A DNA stretch of 62,788 nucleotides, counting the filler, from Dugesia japonica (lineage: Eukaryota): NCBI GenBank assembly GCA_001938525.1. It is 5 parts of 5 records of this genome, joined end to end, with 100 filler letters (N's around TTAATTAATTAA, not from the genome) between each part and the next. Parts side by side here need not be neighbours in the genome. Positions count along the whole stretch, not along the records: positions 32,932 to 43,273 come from MQRL01618970.1; positions 43,374 to 53,800 come from MQRL01567673.1; 3 more parts are not named here. The stretch is one strand, 5' to 3'. Shown piece after piece: positions 38,515-51,399 of this stretch. Positions within the stretch are counted from its first letter, which is position 1. Each line of letters begins with the position of its first letter. The notes beneath the pieces were generated by a model. It worked only from the letters and a program-made list of their open reading frames with translations, was not told the origin of the DNA and did no database searches. A program made the translations under genes and the position numbers.

Positions 38515-40182
38515 TCACTTCATTGGATCTTCCTTCAAATCGACAGTTCTGTTGAAAACAATTCTCTCATCTGTCGAGTCTTGATCGACAGTGAAATAAC
38601 CATTTCTTTCAAACTGGAACCGCGTGTAAACCGCGGGTTTATCGATATATTTATCGATCATAGCTTCATTGACAACGAGAGAATCTTGGTTGATGCAGGC
38701 GAGATACCCTTTCGGGTGATCCTCGGGGAACTTGTCATTGAACAGTTGCGAGTAATTCCTCACCTCGCAGATCCTCGGATTCGCGACCCAATGAATGAAC
38801 GCTTTCGGTTTCTTGCACTCGTCCGCCCTGCAGCAAGTCGCGTTAATCGATATCGCATCACCGGTTCGCTCGTCGCGATCAACAGAGGTCACGCTGATCA
38901 CCAATCCGAGATATCGCAACCCGACGGTTTGATCGATAGTTAATCGTCGATAACCTTTTATCGGTTTCTCTGAGAAATCGTTTCGTTCGATGTAGATCAC
39001 GTTCGAAGTGGAAACTTTATGAGAACCGCGAGTTTCGTCGCCGGGGAAATCGAAAACTTCGATTTCCGATGCGATCGATTCGGGGAAATTCGTAATAACG
39101 ATTTTCAGAGGTTCCAAAACTGCCATCGTTCTCGGAGCTGAGAGATTGAGAGTGTGTCGAACACACGCTTCCAACATGGCGGGATCGATCACTGTTTGAG
39201 TTTGGGTGACTCCGATTTTCTCACAGAAATCAGAAATACTCTCGGGAGGGAAACCTCGACGACGTAACGCGGTGAGAGTAAACAATCTCGGATCGTCCCA
39301 ATTTCCAACAATGCCCTTCTCGACTAATTGTAGAATTTTCCTTTTTGACATGACAGTATACCAAATATTCAAGCGGCCGTATTCCCATTGAACTGGACAA
39401 TAAATATCCAACGCGTTACACAACCAATAATAAGCTGATCGACGAGACTGAAACTCCTTTGAACAGAGAGAATGAGAGATATTTTCAATAGAATCACAAA
39501 TACAATGAGTGAAATCGTAAGTGGGATAAATACACCAATCATCTCCGGTTCTGTGGTGAGGAAAAAATTTAATCCGATAAGCAACTGGATCAGGTTTACC
39601 ATCTTCCATTATCAATTTCATTCTTAATGTTGCTTTACCTTCTTCAATTTTACCATTTTTCATATCTTCAAATAACTTCAATGATTCTGATATTGGTCTA
39701 TCTCTCCATGGTGACAAAGGAGGATTATGACCTCTCATATCTTCTAATGGTTGATGACAAACATAAGCCTGATCAACAAGAATTAACTTTTTAGCATACT
39801 CGTATAACTTGTAAAAATTATCTGATGCATATGTAACTGCATATGGCTCAAAGCCTAACCATTCAACCATATCTTTAATAGCAAGAAAAAAACGTTCTTC
39901 TTCTTTCTCTGGATTCGTATCATCATAACGAAGGTAACAAACACCATTATTCTTTTTAGCATAACCGAAATTAAAATGTATGGCTTTTGCGTGACCAATA
40001 TGAAGAACACCATTTGGCTCAGGTGGAAATCTAGTTACAACTTTTCCTCCAGTTTCTTCAAGATGTTTTTTCAATAACGATTTCGTCAATGGTGTCACAA
40101 CATAACCATCAGTTTTGTAATTTTCTCCCGGCTTATGAAATTTGGCAGCATCGCCTACTAACGACTTTGCATTCTCACTCAT
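38515..40182 (-). CDS. QARS1: Glutaminyl-tRNA synthetase (glutamine--tRNA ligase): catalytic and anticodon-binding domains, uninterrupted 555-aa ORF
   Basis: [15 protein letters not shown] (HIGH motif), [27 protein letters not shown] (KMSKS equivalent), [18 protein letters not shown]. The [10 protein letters not shown] stretch is eukaryote-type. Confidence 0.97.
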   Translation of the reverse strand: MSENAKSLVGDAAKFHKPGENYKTDGYVVTPLTKSLLKKHLEETGGKVVTRFPPEPNGVLHIGHAKAIHFNFGYAKKNNGVCYLRYDDTNPEKEEERFFLAIKDMVEWLGFEPYAVTYASDNFYKLYEYAKKLILVDQAYVCHQPLEDMRGHNPPLSPWRDRPISESLKLFEDMKNGKIEEGKATLRMKLIMEDGKPDPVAYRIKFFPHHRTGDDWCIYPTYDFTHCICDSIENISHSLCSKEFQSRRSAYYWLCNALDIYCPVQWEYGRLNIWYTVMSKRKILQLVEKGIVGNWDDPRLFTLTALRRRGFPPESISDFCEKIGVTQTQTVIDPAMLEACVRHTLNLSAPRTMAVLEPLKIVITNFPESIASEIEVFDFPGDETRGSHKVSTSNVIYIERNDFSEKPIKGYRRLTIDQTVGLRYLGLVISVTSVDRDERTGDAISINATCCRADECKKPKAFIHWVANPRICEVRNYSQLFNDKFPEDHPKGYLACINQDSLVVNEAMIDKYIDKPAVYTRFQFERNGYFTVDQDSTDERIVFNRTVDLKEDPMK

Positions 40183-40599
40183 GATGAAATAATTTATAAA
40201 ATAACAGTTTGTGGTATAATTATTTAAACAAATTGAGATTTACTTAATTTTCATGTTCATTTATAAAAATAAACTTCTTTAATTTAAAAAGTTAGTTATA
40301 ATTAATTATATCCAATAATCATTAAAAGCGAAATAATATTAAAACTGCTTATTTATATGGAAAGGAAATTTTGATCACTAAAATTTTTATCACTAAACAT
40401 TTTGATCACTAAAATTAATAAATTCATGTATTTGGGATTTAAAATTTTTGCTTTTTAATTATTTTACTTATTTAAAATGATTTATTTTCAATCACTTTAA
40501 TTTTTAAAACTTTATTCATTAATAACTTTTCATTGATAAAAGGTAATTTATTATTTGTGTTTTTTGTTTGATTTTATTAAATTTTGTATTCGAGATATT

Positions 40600-41190
40600 T
40601 TATTACTTCATTTGAAAAAAATACAGCCATGTTGTGAAACATAAAAATGGGAGCTAATAAAGGTAAAAATGTTCAGGATTTCGACATATTTTGAAATTCA
40701 CATAAAAAGACGAATTAAACTTTGTGGAAAACGGTCATATTTGAAAATGTAAATTATGATGAAATGCGCTGTTAGTTTGTATATGAAAGAAAGAGAAGAA
40801 TGATATACAGTTTTGTCTAAGCTTTAGGAGGCTAATTTTCACTACAGAAAGACAGGCATTTCCTATGCCTAATATAGATGAGATGTTAGATGCATTAAAT
40901 GGAAATATATATTTAAGCTTGAACAATTTGGGCAATTCATACAATCAAGTAGAACTAAAATAGGACTCACAAGAAAATCAACCTTTTCGACAAAATGTGG
41001 GCAATATTGTTTCACACTACTGCCTTTTTGGAAAGCAGATACTTTTTTGGAAATTATGTGGAAAATAGTAAATAATATGTATTATGGTAAAGTATATTTC
41101 GATAATATTCTCATTTTCTCCAAAGACAAAGATCATGAATAAACTTGCAAGAATGAGGTAATAGCACAAATAATCGATACAAGATTGAGA
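40600..41190 (+). mobile_element. Ty3/gypsy RT relic
   Basis: FRRLIFTTERQAFPMPNIDEMLDALNGNIY...YNQVELK. Same family as 45676-45864. Confidence 0.85.
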
Positions 41191-41239
41191 ATTAATAAAT
41201 TAATCAATCCGCTCTCAATACCCTTATACAATTCATTTA

Positions 41240-42130
41240 AGAACCCGCCGGTTTCGTATTATCTTCTGTATTGTCGATTCATCTTCTAGTAATGCTACTA
41301 AAACTACATACTTTGTGTACTGGTCCATCATTCACAGAGTGTTTTTGTCCTCCCTGAAGTTTCTTTCCACGGTTCACAAACATCCACAAATCTAATCTAA
41401 TGTTTTTAAAGGGTAACTGATTTTACTATAATGTCGATTTATTAATGCATTGCTTAAAACGGAATGAAAAACAGATTTTAAAACATTTATTTTTAATTGT
41501 AGTTGCGATATATTTATTAACCAAAGAATTTGGTGAAGTTATCTTTTATGATTTTATTGGATAAATCTTTTAAGGCTTGGTAATACAATTTGAAAAGTTG
41601 AAGTTAGTATTTTACTTAACAAATTTATAGTTGAGTGTTTTGATCAGTCCAATTTGACTGTATCCTTGTTGAAGTTTATTTAAACTCAAGTTATTATTAA
41701 CTGTCACTGCTAGCAGGAGAGATAGAGTTACCATAAAATCCATTTTTTTAAAATTGGCGATCTCAAAACTTGACCGTCTTGTTTGAGTGATTTTTAAGCG
41801 ATGAGTGACAATAGTTAACCATTTGTCTAGGCTACTCAAATAATTCAGCCATGTCTGAAATTGTGGCGTAATTAGCTTCTTAACTTTCAACAGAAAAGTA
41901 GTTGCCTCGTGATCTGTTCGCAATCGAAATCACTTCTCATACAGATAATGCTTAAAACAAGTTGCAGAAGCAATATACGGCCAATAATTTCTTCCTCGTT
42001 GTACAATAACCTTTCTCTGTGGCTGTCATCAGGATTTTTTTGGGAGTATTATCTCATACAGATGATAGCATGGAAAATGAGTTATTGTATATGTATCACA
42101 CACAGCAATTAACCATCAGAAAGGTTATTG
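41240..42130 (-). mobile_element. Ty3/gypsy RNase H and integrase fragments
   Basis: RTDHEATTFL...PQFQTWLNYLSSLD; MDQYTKYVVL. Confidence 0.7.
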
Positions 42131-42364
42131 AACAACGAAGAAAGAATTATTGACAGTATGCTACTTCATAATTCAATAATTTTTTTATTCGTCCTTAGGA
42201 TTTACTATTTTTATATGTATCTAATATTATAAAATTATCGCTGCACACAATTTGAGAACCCATGGTATAACTCATTAATTATAAATTTGTCTAAATTTTA
42301 TCATTCAATAATAATAAAGAATAATTATTATTAAATTAATAATAATCAATAACAATAATAGTAA

Positions 42365-42888
42365 TGTTGGGGTTCCACCTGAGCTGCTGATGAAGAGAAA
42401 ACGCTGGCCGGGGAAAAACAGCCCTCAGAGGTACCCCTTCAAGAATTTTAATCTAATGTCTCTTTGTTAGATAATCAGTATGGAGCGATTGACCTACTTC
42501 ATTTATGAAAGGTTCACATTCGCACACCTTTAGGTTGGGTTCATTCATTTCCATTATTACAACTTAGCTTATAAATTAAGGCTTACCGAATTAAGGAACA
42601 CCCCACAAAACGGAAAATTATAAGTGGATAATTGTAAAGGCTAATTGTGATTAGTAAATCGAGCGAGTATCGTGTTCAACGAACCCGAAACAAAGAAGTG
42701 CGAGTCTGTACTCGAGTTACGAGTCAACGGCTTCATTCCGAAGATCTGGATTTTTTTTGGGGACACCAGATTCAAATTCATCGCGGGGTTTTACCATGTC
42801 AATTACCCTAGACTTAATTTTATATTAAGTTCGACCATCTAGATTTAATCATAAAAGAAATCAACCCACCTAGGGTAAAACCTCAACA
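42365..42888. mobile_element. Probable solo LTR (524 bp)
   Basis: Ends TGTTGGGGTT...AACCTCAACA (TG..CA with short inverted termini). GC-richer than its flanks, inserted in an AAT-rich tract with near-matching gtaa/ataa flanks. Confidence 0.7.
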
Positions 42889-42959
42889 ATAATAATAATA
42901 ATCATATTAATAAAAATATTAATAATAATATAAATAAATAATAGTAATAATAATAATAC

Positions 42960-43273
42960 TGTTGGGATGAAACGCCGGATTAAGGCAAATAGAATGGCGT
43001 AAGTAAGCACGAAATTCAAAAAATCTACATAAGAAAGGAAAATGAAGAAATCAGACCCAAGAAGGGCATAATCTAGTTTGAGAGAAGAATGACGAAAGCC
43101 AAAATGGGACTAGAAGACTAAAACTCGTGAAAGAACTAGAACTACAACAGGAGATAACGAGGAAATAAAAAACCGACAAAGTAAAGAAGCGGTACTCCAA
43201 ACAACGAAAATAATAAATGATAGCCAAGGAACTGATTCATTAATTGAAAAGAAGGAAATAATGAAAAGGAAAA
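42960..43273 (+). mobile_element. Probable LTR fragment running off the contig end
   Basis: Starts TGTTGGGATGAAAC. Resembles the reverse complement of 32932-33254. Confidence 0.45.
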
Positions 43274-43373
43274 NNNNNNNNNNNNNNNNNNNNNNNNNNN
43301 NNNNNNNNNNNNNNNNNTTAATTAATTAANNNNNNNNNNNNNNNNNNNNNNNNNNNNNNNNNNNNNNNNNNNN
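43274..43373. other. Artificial contig linker
   Basis: N44-TTAATTAATTAA-N44. Confidence 0.97.
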
Positions 43374-43386
43374 TAATAATAATAAT

Positions 43387-43439
<53 letters not shown>

Positions 43440-43831
43440 TTAATAATGATAATAATGATAATAAACTTCCATATTATAAATTTAAAAATAGAAATTTCTT
43501 GCTTATTTAATGTTAAAAATTTATTTATTTATCTATTTATTATTGTCTATCTTTTTTCAAAAGAAAAAAAATATTGATTGAAATGAAATTAAAATTAGTT
43601 TTCACTGATTTGAACTGAATCAGTTTAATGTCATTGCCAAATAATGATAGTAAATAAATAATTGATAAATCAATTTTATTATACTTGTCCATCATAGATA
43701 CTGAAGTGGGATAATCGATAGTTTTGACAAATAGAAACTCAGTGAATTGATTAGTTGAAAGTAGAACAGCAACAAATGATTTATTATAATGAAAATTCAT
43801 TGCAAGGTTTTATGTAATAACTGTGATCAAA

Positions 43832-43834
<3 letters not shown>

Positions 43835-43899
<65 letters not shown>

Positions 43900-44039
43900 N
43901 NNNNNNNNNNNNNNNNNNNNNNNNNNNNNNNNNNNNNNNNNNNNNNNNNNNNNNNNNNNNNNNNNNNNNNNNNNNNNNNNNNNNNNNNNNNNNNNNNNNN
44001 NNNNNNNNNNNNNNNNNNNNNNNNNNNNNNNNNNNNNNN

Positions 44040-44076
<37 letters not shown>
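43835..44076. repeat. (ATT)n microsatellite with N gap
   Basis: Seen directly. Explains the poly-I/L/Y/N ORFs in the track. Confidence 0.95.
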
Positions 44077-44080
44077 GGTG

Positions 44081-44175
44081 TTACAATTGCAATTATTGCG
44101 AGAATAATTTTTGAACATAACTATTGGTCGTTTTATAGAATTCATTTAATATAAAAGCTTTGATCAAAATTTTGA
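44081..44175 (-). mobile_element. Hammerhead-element family, tail plus partial arm only
   Basis: ttacaattgcaattattgcgagaataatt...aaaagctttgatcaaaatttt. Confidence 0.8.
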
Positions 44176-47100
44176 AGTCTGTAATTCCATCCACAAATCT
44201 GATGGAATATCATTCATAAGTTTGGATTCAAAAATTCGGCCGCAATCTGCTCTTATTATCCTCGGGCAACCCCACTTCAATATTCACTGATTCATAATCG
44301 CTCCTTGTACCATTACTTCGTCTTGCCGAGACAGTGTTATAAAAACTATGTATTTGGTATATTGATCTATCATACCCAATATATATTTATTCCTTCATGA
44401 TGTTTCTCTCGACGGTCCACATATATCTATCTACAGGGTTTCCATTGGATGACCTGCTTCTGTTTTCACTACCTCTTCCTTTGTCACGTCCTTCCGAATA
44501 TTTGTTCTCTGACAATGTTCGCAACTTTGAATCACTTCTTTGATCTTGTCTCCCCATTTAACCTTTGGCCATTGTCATTTAATGTAATCTGTTGACTTTT
44601 CTACCACAGCGTGACACAACGGTTTATGTATCCTTGAAACTTCCTTATTACATCATTCTGAATTTCTTTCTATGTCTTCCTTAATTTTCAGCGGAGCTAC
44701 AGTTTGTAAAATTCTTGTCTTAATCTTCCCTTTTGCTGCGCTTTCATGATAAATCTGACACTGAGTACAACTATCACATTCATATTGTGATAACATATCT
44801 GCATTACTGTTCAATTCTCCTTTTCTATCAAGTAACTCTATGTCCAAGCTGCTCAAATAGTTCACCCACGTCTGAAATTGTGGCTTTACTGGTTTTTTTG
44901 TTCCTAACATGAACGTGATGGCTTTATAGTCCGTTCTTAGTCTAAATCGCTTCCCATAAAATAATGTTTGAATAAATTACAAAAATAATATACTGCCAGC
45001 AACTCCTTTCCTGTGGTACAATAACTTTTCTCCAGTCTGGTCATTTGCATTCAATCCATACATAATAACTCTTTCAATACCCATATCGCCAGTCTGATAT
45101 AAAACAGCTTCAATTCTATCACAACTAGAATCTGTATCCAGTGTAAATTTATTGGTCAAGTCAGGAAATACTATTATTGGTGCCGACATTAACGCAGCTT
45201 TCAATTATTGAAAAATTACTTCCAATTCTTCATTCCAAATTAAATTCGTATTACCCGCACCGCTGCATAACTTTCTAGATATAGCCGCATAATCTATAAT
45301 AAATTTACGATAATATTTACGAATCCCGAAAACACCTCAAATTTACTTCACATAATTTGATCTACCAAACTCTTTAATAGCTTCGATTTTTGCCGGATCC
45401 ATTCTTATACCATTCGCGCTCACAATATGTCCCAGAAATTTAATTTTTTGTTTTAGAAATTCACACTTCTCAGGATTAACTCTTAACCCCGCATCCATTA
45501 TTCGTATCAATACTTCCTGTACTACAATGTAATAACTCGTCTCATCCTTTGAAAAATCTAAGATATCGTCAAGGTGTACCATTGCTCCCTTCAGATTATT
45601 TATCACTTTCCCTATCATCTCCTGGAATGTACCAGGCGCTGCTGCTATTCTAAATGGTATCCTGGTAAAACAGTATTATCCGTGTTTTGTCGAAAAAGCG
45701 GTTTTCTCTTGAGAATCCTTTTCTAGTTTTACCTGGTAATATGCATTACTCAAATAAATCAAGCTAAAATATATATTCCTGTGTAACGCGTTCAAAATAT
45801 CATCTATATTTGGCATAGGAAATACTTGTCTTTCAGTTATCGCATTTAATCTCCTAAAATCCAAACAGTCTAAAATCCTTTTTTTCTTTCTTTGAGTTAC
45901 ATACTAACAGCGCATTTCAAGCTGAATTATACTTCCAAATAATTTCATTCTCCACCAGGTTTCAAATCGTCTCTTCAACATGATTTTCTAGGTGTTATGG
46001 AATTCTTTAGGGTTTCACTTTGATTGGCTCTTCATTTGTCAAAATTCTATGCTTAGCAAAATGAGTACAAGACACATCCCATTTTGACGCCATAAAAACA
46101 TTTACTCTCCTCTTGCAAATCGCTTGTAATTTACTTCCATCTACAATACCTGAATAGTCGATAGGCTGTATAGTCAAGTTTTGTGGGACCCTAATTTCCT
46201 CCTTTCTATATCTACTAATATATACGAATTTATCACATATATATTTATATATAATTTATTATTGCAATTGATATGCAAGTTTTTTATTTAAATTGAAATT
46301 TGGATTGTCCAAAAATGGTCTCGAATCGATCGGCTGGCATTAAGCATTATGTTTTCCGGTTGGCTAATGATAAAAATTATGATAAAATTGTTAAAAAAAT
46401 GATGAAAATATCTAAAAAACAGTACTGTGAAAAGTGATAACAAATGATGCAAAGTGATAAAAATGATGATAAAATGGTGATAAAATTATAAAAACAAAAT
46501 GATAAAAATACAGTAAAAATTGATGAAAAATAATGAAAAAATATGAAAAGTAATTTAAATAATTAAAAGTAATTAAAATTCGTTTTTTCACTCTTTCCCA
46601 TCTATCTACTTCTGCCGCTTCCCTACCCAATCTTGTCTCAATGTTTTCTATAAATTCTCTTTTGCTAATTTCTTCATTTGCTTTACTTTCTCTCTTAAGT
46701 TGAAACCAAAAAATGTGTTGAAAATTTATTCCTCCAATAACATATGGGTATACACTTTCCGCTACTATAAATTAAACTTCTGCTCTTTTCTCTCCCAGCT
46801 GAACTTCAAATCGTATCTTCCCTTTAGTATTTAAGCCACTACTATTTGCACAATGTAACTTTAACCCAGTAGGTTCTACTTACACTTCAGGCCATTTCTC
46901 TAAGCATGACTCGTTAATCACATTAATACAAGCTCCCGTATCCAAACGACATTCCATTACAACTCCAACAATAATTATTGTTATACTAGGTCTGCCCTGC
47001 AACTTATTTCTATCTGTTAACCTTCTGACAAGACTCCCACCCACTCCTCAACATTATCCACATGAAACGTCTTTTTCTTCAGAAAACTATATATTTTCTT

Positions 47101-47640
47101 ATAGATTCTCTCTCTATTTTCCCATTTCTCTACTCCACGAAGACCTTCCTTGATTAAATTTTCTAATAAATGCCTCCAACCACTTCCTCCCTTGGCGGAG
47201 CCCTCTAATTTAGGTACATTATCTCTGATCTATGTTCGCTTATCTCATCTTCTCGTCGATCTTCTTCTTCTTGTGTTTCTACTGCATTAAAATAAACATA
47301 CCCATTTCTTTGTTCCTTTTTACAATTTTATTTATCTTCCATTAAGTTTCTTTCTTTATAATCTTGGCCCCCTGATGCTCTGTGACTGGACCTTCTACAT
47401 TGAAAATATCTCTTTTTCTTACACTCTCTTTTTATGTGTCCCATTTTTCCGCAACCAAAACATCTTTCATTGTTCTCTTTGTGAGCAATCTGTACTTAGG
47501 TGACCTCGTCATTTGCATGTTCAACATTCTCTATCCTCACATTTTAAGCACTGTGTTTACTGTACTTACTACGATCGAGTAGCTACGAATAATGTTAATT
47601 TGCTCTCTTGTTCCTAACTTGTTCCTATTCCTTGACTCTT
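44176..47640 (-). mobile_element. Decayed Ty3/gypsy retrotransposon (gag-PR-RT-RH-IN order) with an AT-rich insert at ~46200-46590
   Basis: PR: ECRLDTGACINVI. RT: DFRRLN...KTAFSTK and VHLDDIL. RH: FTLDTDSS, NADMLS. IN: LCHA...C..C and DICGP. Many stops and frameshifts. Confidence 0.92.
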
Positions 47641-47690
47641 CGAAAACTTAATTTTCAAACTAATAATTTTTGATTCAATAATTTTTATCT

Positions 47691-47951
47691 ATAACAATTA
47701 TTTCGAGAATAATTATTGAACTTAACGATTGATCATATTTGAGATTTTATTAAATAAAGCTTCGATCAAAATGTTGTTTTATTTGTTTTCATTTCTTTTG
47801 TAGTAGTTATTCAAATTTTCGAATATTGTCTTTAGAAATTCCTGAAAGAAAAATATAAAAATAAAATAAAAAAGATAAAATCTAGAAAAAAATTATAAAA
47901 AAGAAATAAAAATAAACAAAACAAAATTTTGATCGAAGCTATTATTTATGA
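47691..47951 (-). mobile_element. Fold-back hammerhead element, diverged copy
   Basis: Tail plus arms aagcttcgatcaaaa / ttttgatcgaagct. Direct repeat AAT(A/T)ATTTTTATCT at 47677-47690 and 47952-47965. Confidence 0.78.
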
Positions 47952-48429
47952 AATTATTTTTATCTTGTCATGTTTAATTCAACATGCAAATCGACTCAGT
48001 GATCTAAATGACAACAAATATTCCAATTTTAGGAAATTCGTAATTTCAAATTCTAAATGAAAATTGCAAATTCTTATTGTACAAATCTAATTAAAAAATA
48101 TCTATTTAATTAATTTAAAAAATTTTTTAAATCAATCGAAAAGATAATTTCACTAAATTAAAAAAATTCAATTAAAAACAAAAATCTTTTTTTTGATATT
48201 TTAAACTTTGCTTAAATATATTTTATTGTTTATTTATATGTTTATATAAATAAAGAAATTAACTCTGATTTAACAATATGAGTTAGAATCAGGAATATTT
48301 CGACTGAATTCAGATTAATTCACAAATATCTCAGTAATCCCGTCATAAGTATTGTTCAAAACACCTCGAAATTAATTATTTTTCTTGTTACATTGTTTTT
48401 AATAATGTGGGATTGAAATTAGTGATTTT

Positions 48430-48616
48430 ATAAATATAAATATAATTATAAATATAAATATAAATATAAAAATAAATATAAATATAAATATAAATATAAA
48501 TATAAATATAAATATAAATANNNNNNNNNNNNNNNNNNNNNNNNNNNNNNNNNNNNNNNNNNNNNNNNNNNNNNNNNNNNNNNNNNNNNNNNNNNNNNNN
48601 NNNNNNAAATATAAAT
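48430..48616. repeat. (TAAATA)n microsatellite with N gap
   Basis: Seen directly. Confidence 0.93.
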
Positions 48617-48775
48617 AGACAAAGTTGAAGACAAAGTCGAAATACCAAATCAATCTTAAAAAAAACAATAATAAAAAAACTTTTGATCGTAGCTTTTATT
48701 TTAAATGAAATCTAAAAAACGAACAATGGTTATGTCCAACAATTATTCTCGTAATAATTGTAATTGTAATTGTAA
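48617..48775 (+). mobile_element. Hammerhead-element family, single-arm copy inside (TAAATA)n
   Basis: gaagacaaagtcgaaata...gatcgtagcttttattttaaatgaa plus tail. The hexamer repeat continues on both sides. Confidence 0.8.
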
Positions 48776-51399
48776 AATAAATATAAATATAAATATAAAT
48801 TTAAATATAGATATAAAGGAATTGACTTTTTAATTCATTCAATATTTATTTTTACTATAATATTTGTAGTAGGTAGATCATAGCGCACTGAATCACCTTC
48901 TCCCGCCGAGAAGAAATTTTTTCAAGGTCATTGATCTAATATACGCGATTCTGATTAGTCCCTGATCTAGTATACCTTTTTTTTTGCTTGAAATAATTAA
49001 AGGTAGAATTTTCAAGGTTACAGATCTAGTATACTTCATTTTCATTGACTGAAATAATTTAAAGTCAAATTTCTAAGATCATATGTCGAAATTGCTGTTT
49101 TTTTATTATCAATATTTATGACATAGCAGAAACTGTTGTTCAGTAAATTCTTATTACAAACTTTGACATAAATACGAATTGTAAATAAATCTGAGTAAAA
49201 TCAATTTTCATTGGATTTTAATTATAATATAAAATTAAATGAACATTTTCTCAGTAAATTGCTGCAAATCATTATGATAAATCTATTTTTAAATTATTTT
49301 AAACACCATTGATTTGTCAATAATTAAATTTGTTTTAAACAACAAAAATTATTTTATTTCAAAAAANTTTTTTTTAACAAGCAAATATCTTTTATTCTAT
49401 TATTTACAGAAAATATCTATTTAAAAATTATTGAGTGATTAAATTCTTTATATTTATTTCTTTTTAAATATTTCTAATATCATTCAAAATTGCATTGTTG
49501 TATAAATATATAAAATTACGGCGGAAATGGAGGAATTACAGTATTCACTACTTGATGACATCTTTATAATCAGACACTATTTTTTTGATTTTTCTCTTTA
49601 TAAAACGATATCTTTAAAAATATTAATTTACAGAATTAAAAAATAACAATAACAAACTAAGAATAATTTTATCTACTACTTTATGAAGATAAGTATTTAT
49701 TTGATCCTTTTATTAGGTACACTTTGTTTATACAATAAACTCAGAAATATATAATCATAGCCAAGCATACGCCAATTAACTTAGAATGGCAAAAATGTAT
49801 TAGAACTACTAAAATAACAACCAATCAAAATCCTTGATATTCAAAAAGATGGATTTCGGATAAAATGTAAATGAATATAATTCTCTAAATATTCTAGATA
49901 TTTCTTTTTCTTTTACTTTTCCGAAATTTTATACCAAAATATCTAATTGCACTGTTTTGATATTATTGACGACTGAGAACTGTTGACCCTATTGATAATG
50001 TTATATTCAGGTTCGATTTGATCAATGTTATCAATTTGAATATCAAAATAANNNNNNNNNNNNNNNNNNNNNNNNNNNNNNNNNNNNNNNNNNNNNNNNN
50101 NTTATTTAATATTTTATACAATATTTTATTATAATAATTAAATAGAATTAATTACTTGATAATAATATATAAATATATAAAATAAAATAAAATTAAATAG
50201 AATTTAAACAAAAAATGTATTTATTAGTTATTCCTAATAATTAACAATAAATCTTTTTCTATCAGTCTATTGTGGTTGTTTTGTTTTATTTAATTGCAGT
50301 TTAAAACTGAAATTAATACGAATATGCATGAATAATTAACTAAATTAATCAAAAATCAAAAAACAATAAAAAGAAAACAAATCGTGAATCTATAAGAAAT
50401 TAATTGGAAAATGAGAAATCAGTGGAGAAAAACGATTTTCATTATATTTCTATTCTACAATATAAAATGAATAAATTAACGTAAATTTTTTTTCAAAGAT
50501 TGTTATTATTAAACAATAACCAAAAACCTTTGAAAATAATAATATCAAAACTGGTTTCATGTCAAATATCTAAATCTCCGAAAACAGTCTTCTTTAGAGA
50601 TTTAATTTAGAAAAAAAATTAAAAAAAATGAAATATAAAAAAAAAGAAAATTTAGAATACTTAAAATTTTATTGAATACAAGTTTATTCCGAAGCGCTTT
50701 TAAATTCTTTTTAGTTTTCAATCTGAAAATGAGAATAATTATAGTAAATTAAAAAATAAAGAGTAACATTTTCTGTTCATACAATAAAACGTTAGTATTA
50801 ATTTGCTGAGTTATTTTGGTATACACAGCATCGCGAGTAAATTATTTTGCATCATTTAGCAACGGTTCTTGTAATTCAGACAAAAAGCCACAGTTAATGA
50901 AATCTACTTCACTTCAAACTAATTCAAATATTCTTTAACCGTTATAGTATATTAGCTTGCTAATTCCAACAATCTTATGCTTATTATTAATAAAAATATT
51001 AATTAAATAAATATATTAATCGTTATTAAAGTACAAAATCCCTTACGATTCTCAAAATACACAAAACATTTCTTTATTATAGATCTAATATAATTTCATC
51101 AATTTTCCTCAAATTCCATTACAATACTAATTAATATCAAGAATAAACATTTAGATGTTTTTATAAAATTCCTATTAAGTTTCTTTAATATAAATATAAA
51201 AACGTTACTATGCATATAAAATTTAGTTACTGATAATAGTCAGTAATAAATATCAGCGTTTCAGAGTGAATCAATGAGTGAATTGGATGTTTATATATTG
51301 AATAAATTTATTTTAATGCTTTAAATGTAATTAATTATTCTAATAATAATTATAATTGTAACAATAATAGTTTTATATAATTATAAAAATAGTAAATTA

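Noticed and set aside
38581-38943. 120-aa plus-strand ORF antisense to GlnRS
   Set aside because: Expected shadow ORF in the GC-rich half of a real gene, with no recognisable motifs.
38515-40182. Bacterial contamination or horizontal transfer of glnS
   Set aside because: The sequence has eukaryote-type segments ([21 protein letters not shown]), and its decayed duplicates are embedded in host-like DNA.
43789-44154. Poly-I/L/Y/N and IYIY-type ORFs, and ORFs spanning N runs
   Set aside because: These are translations of microsatellites and gaps.
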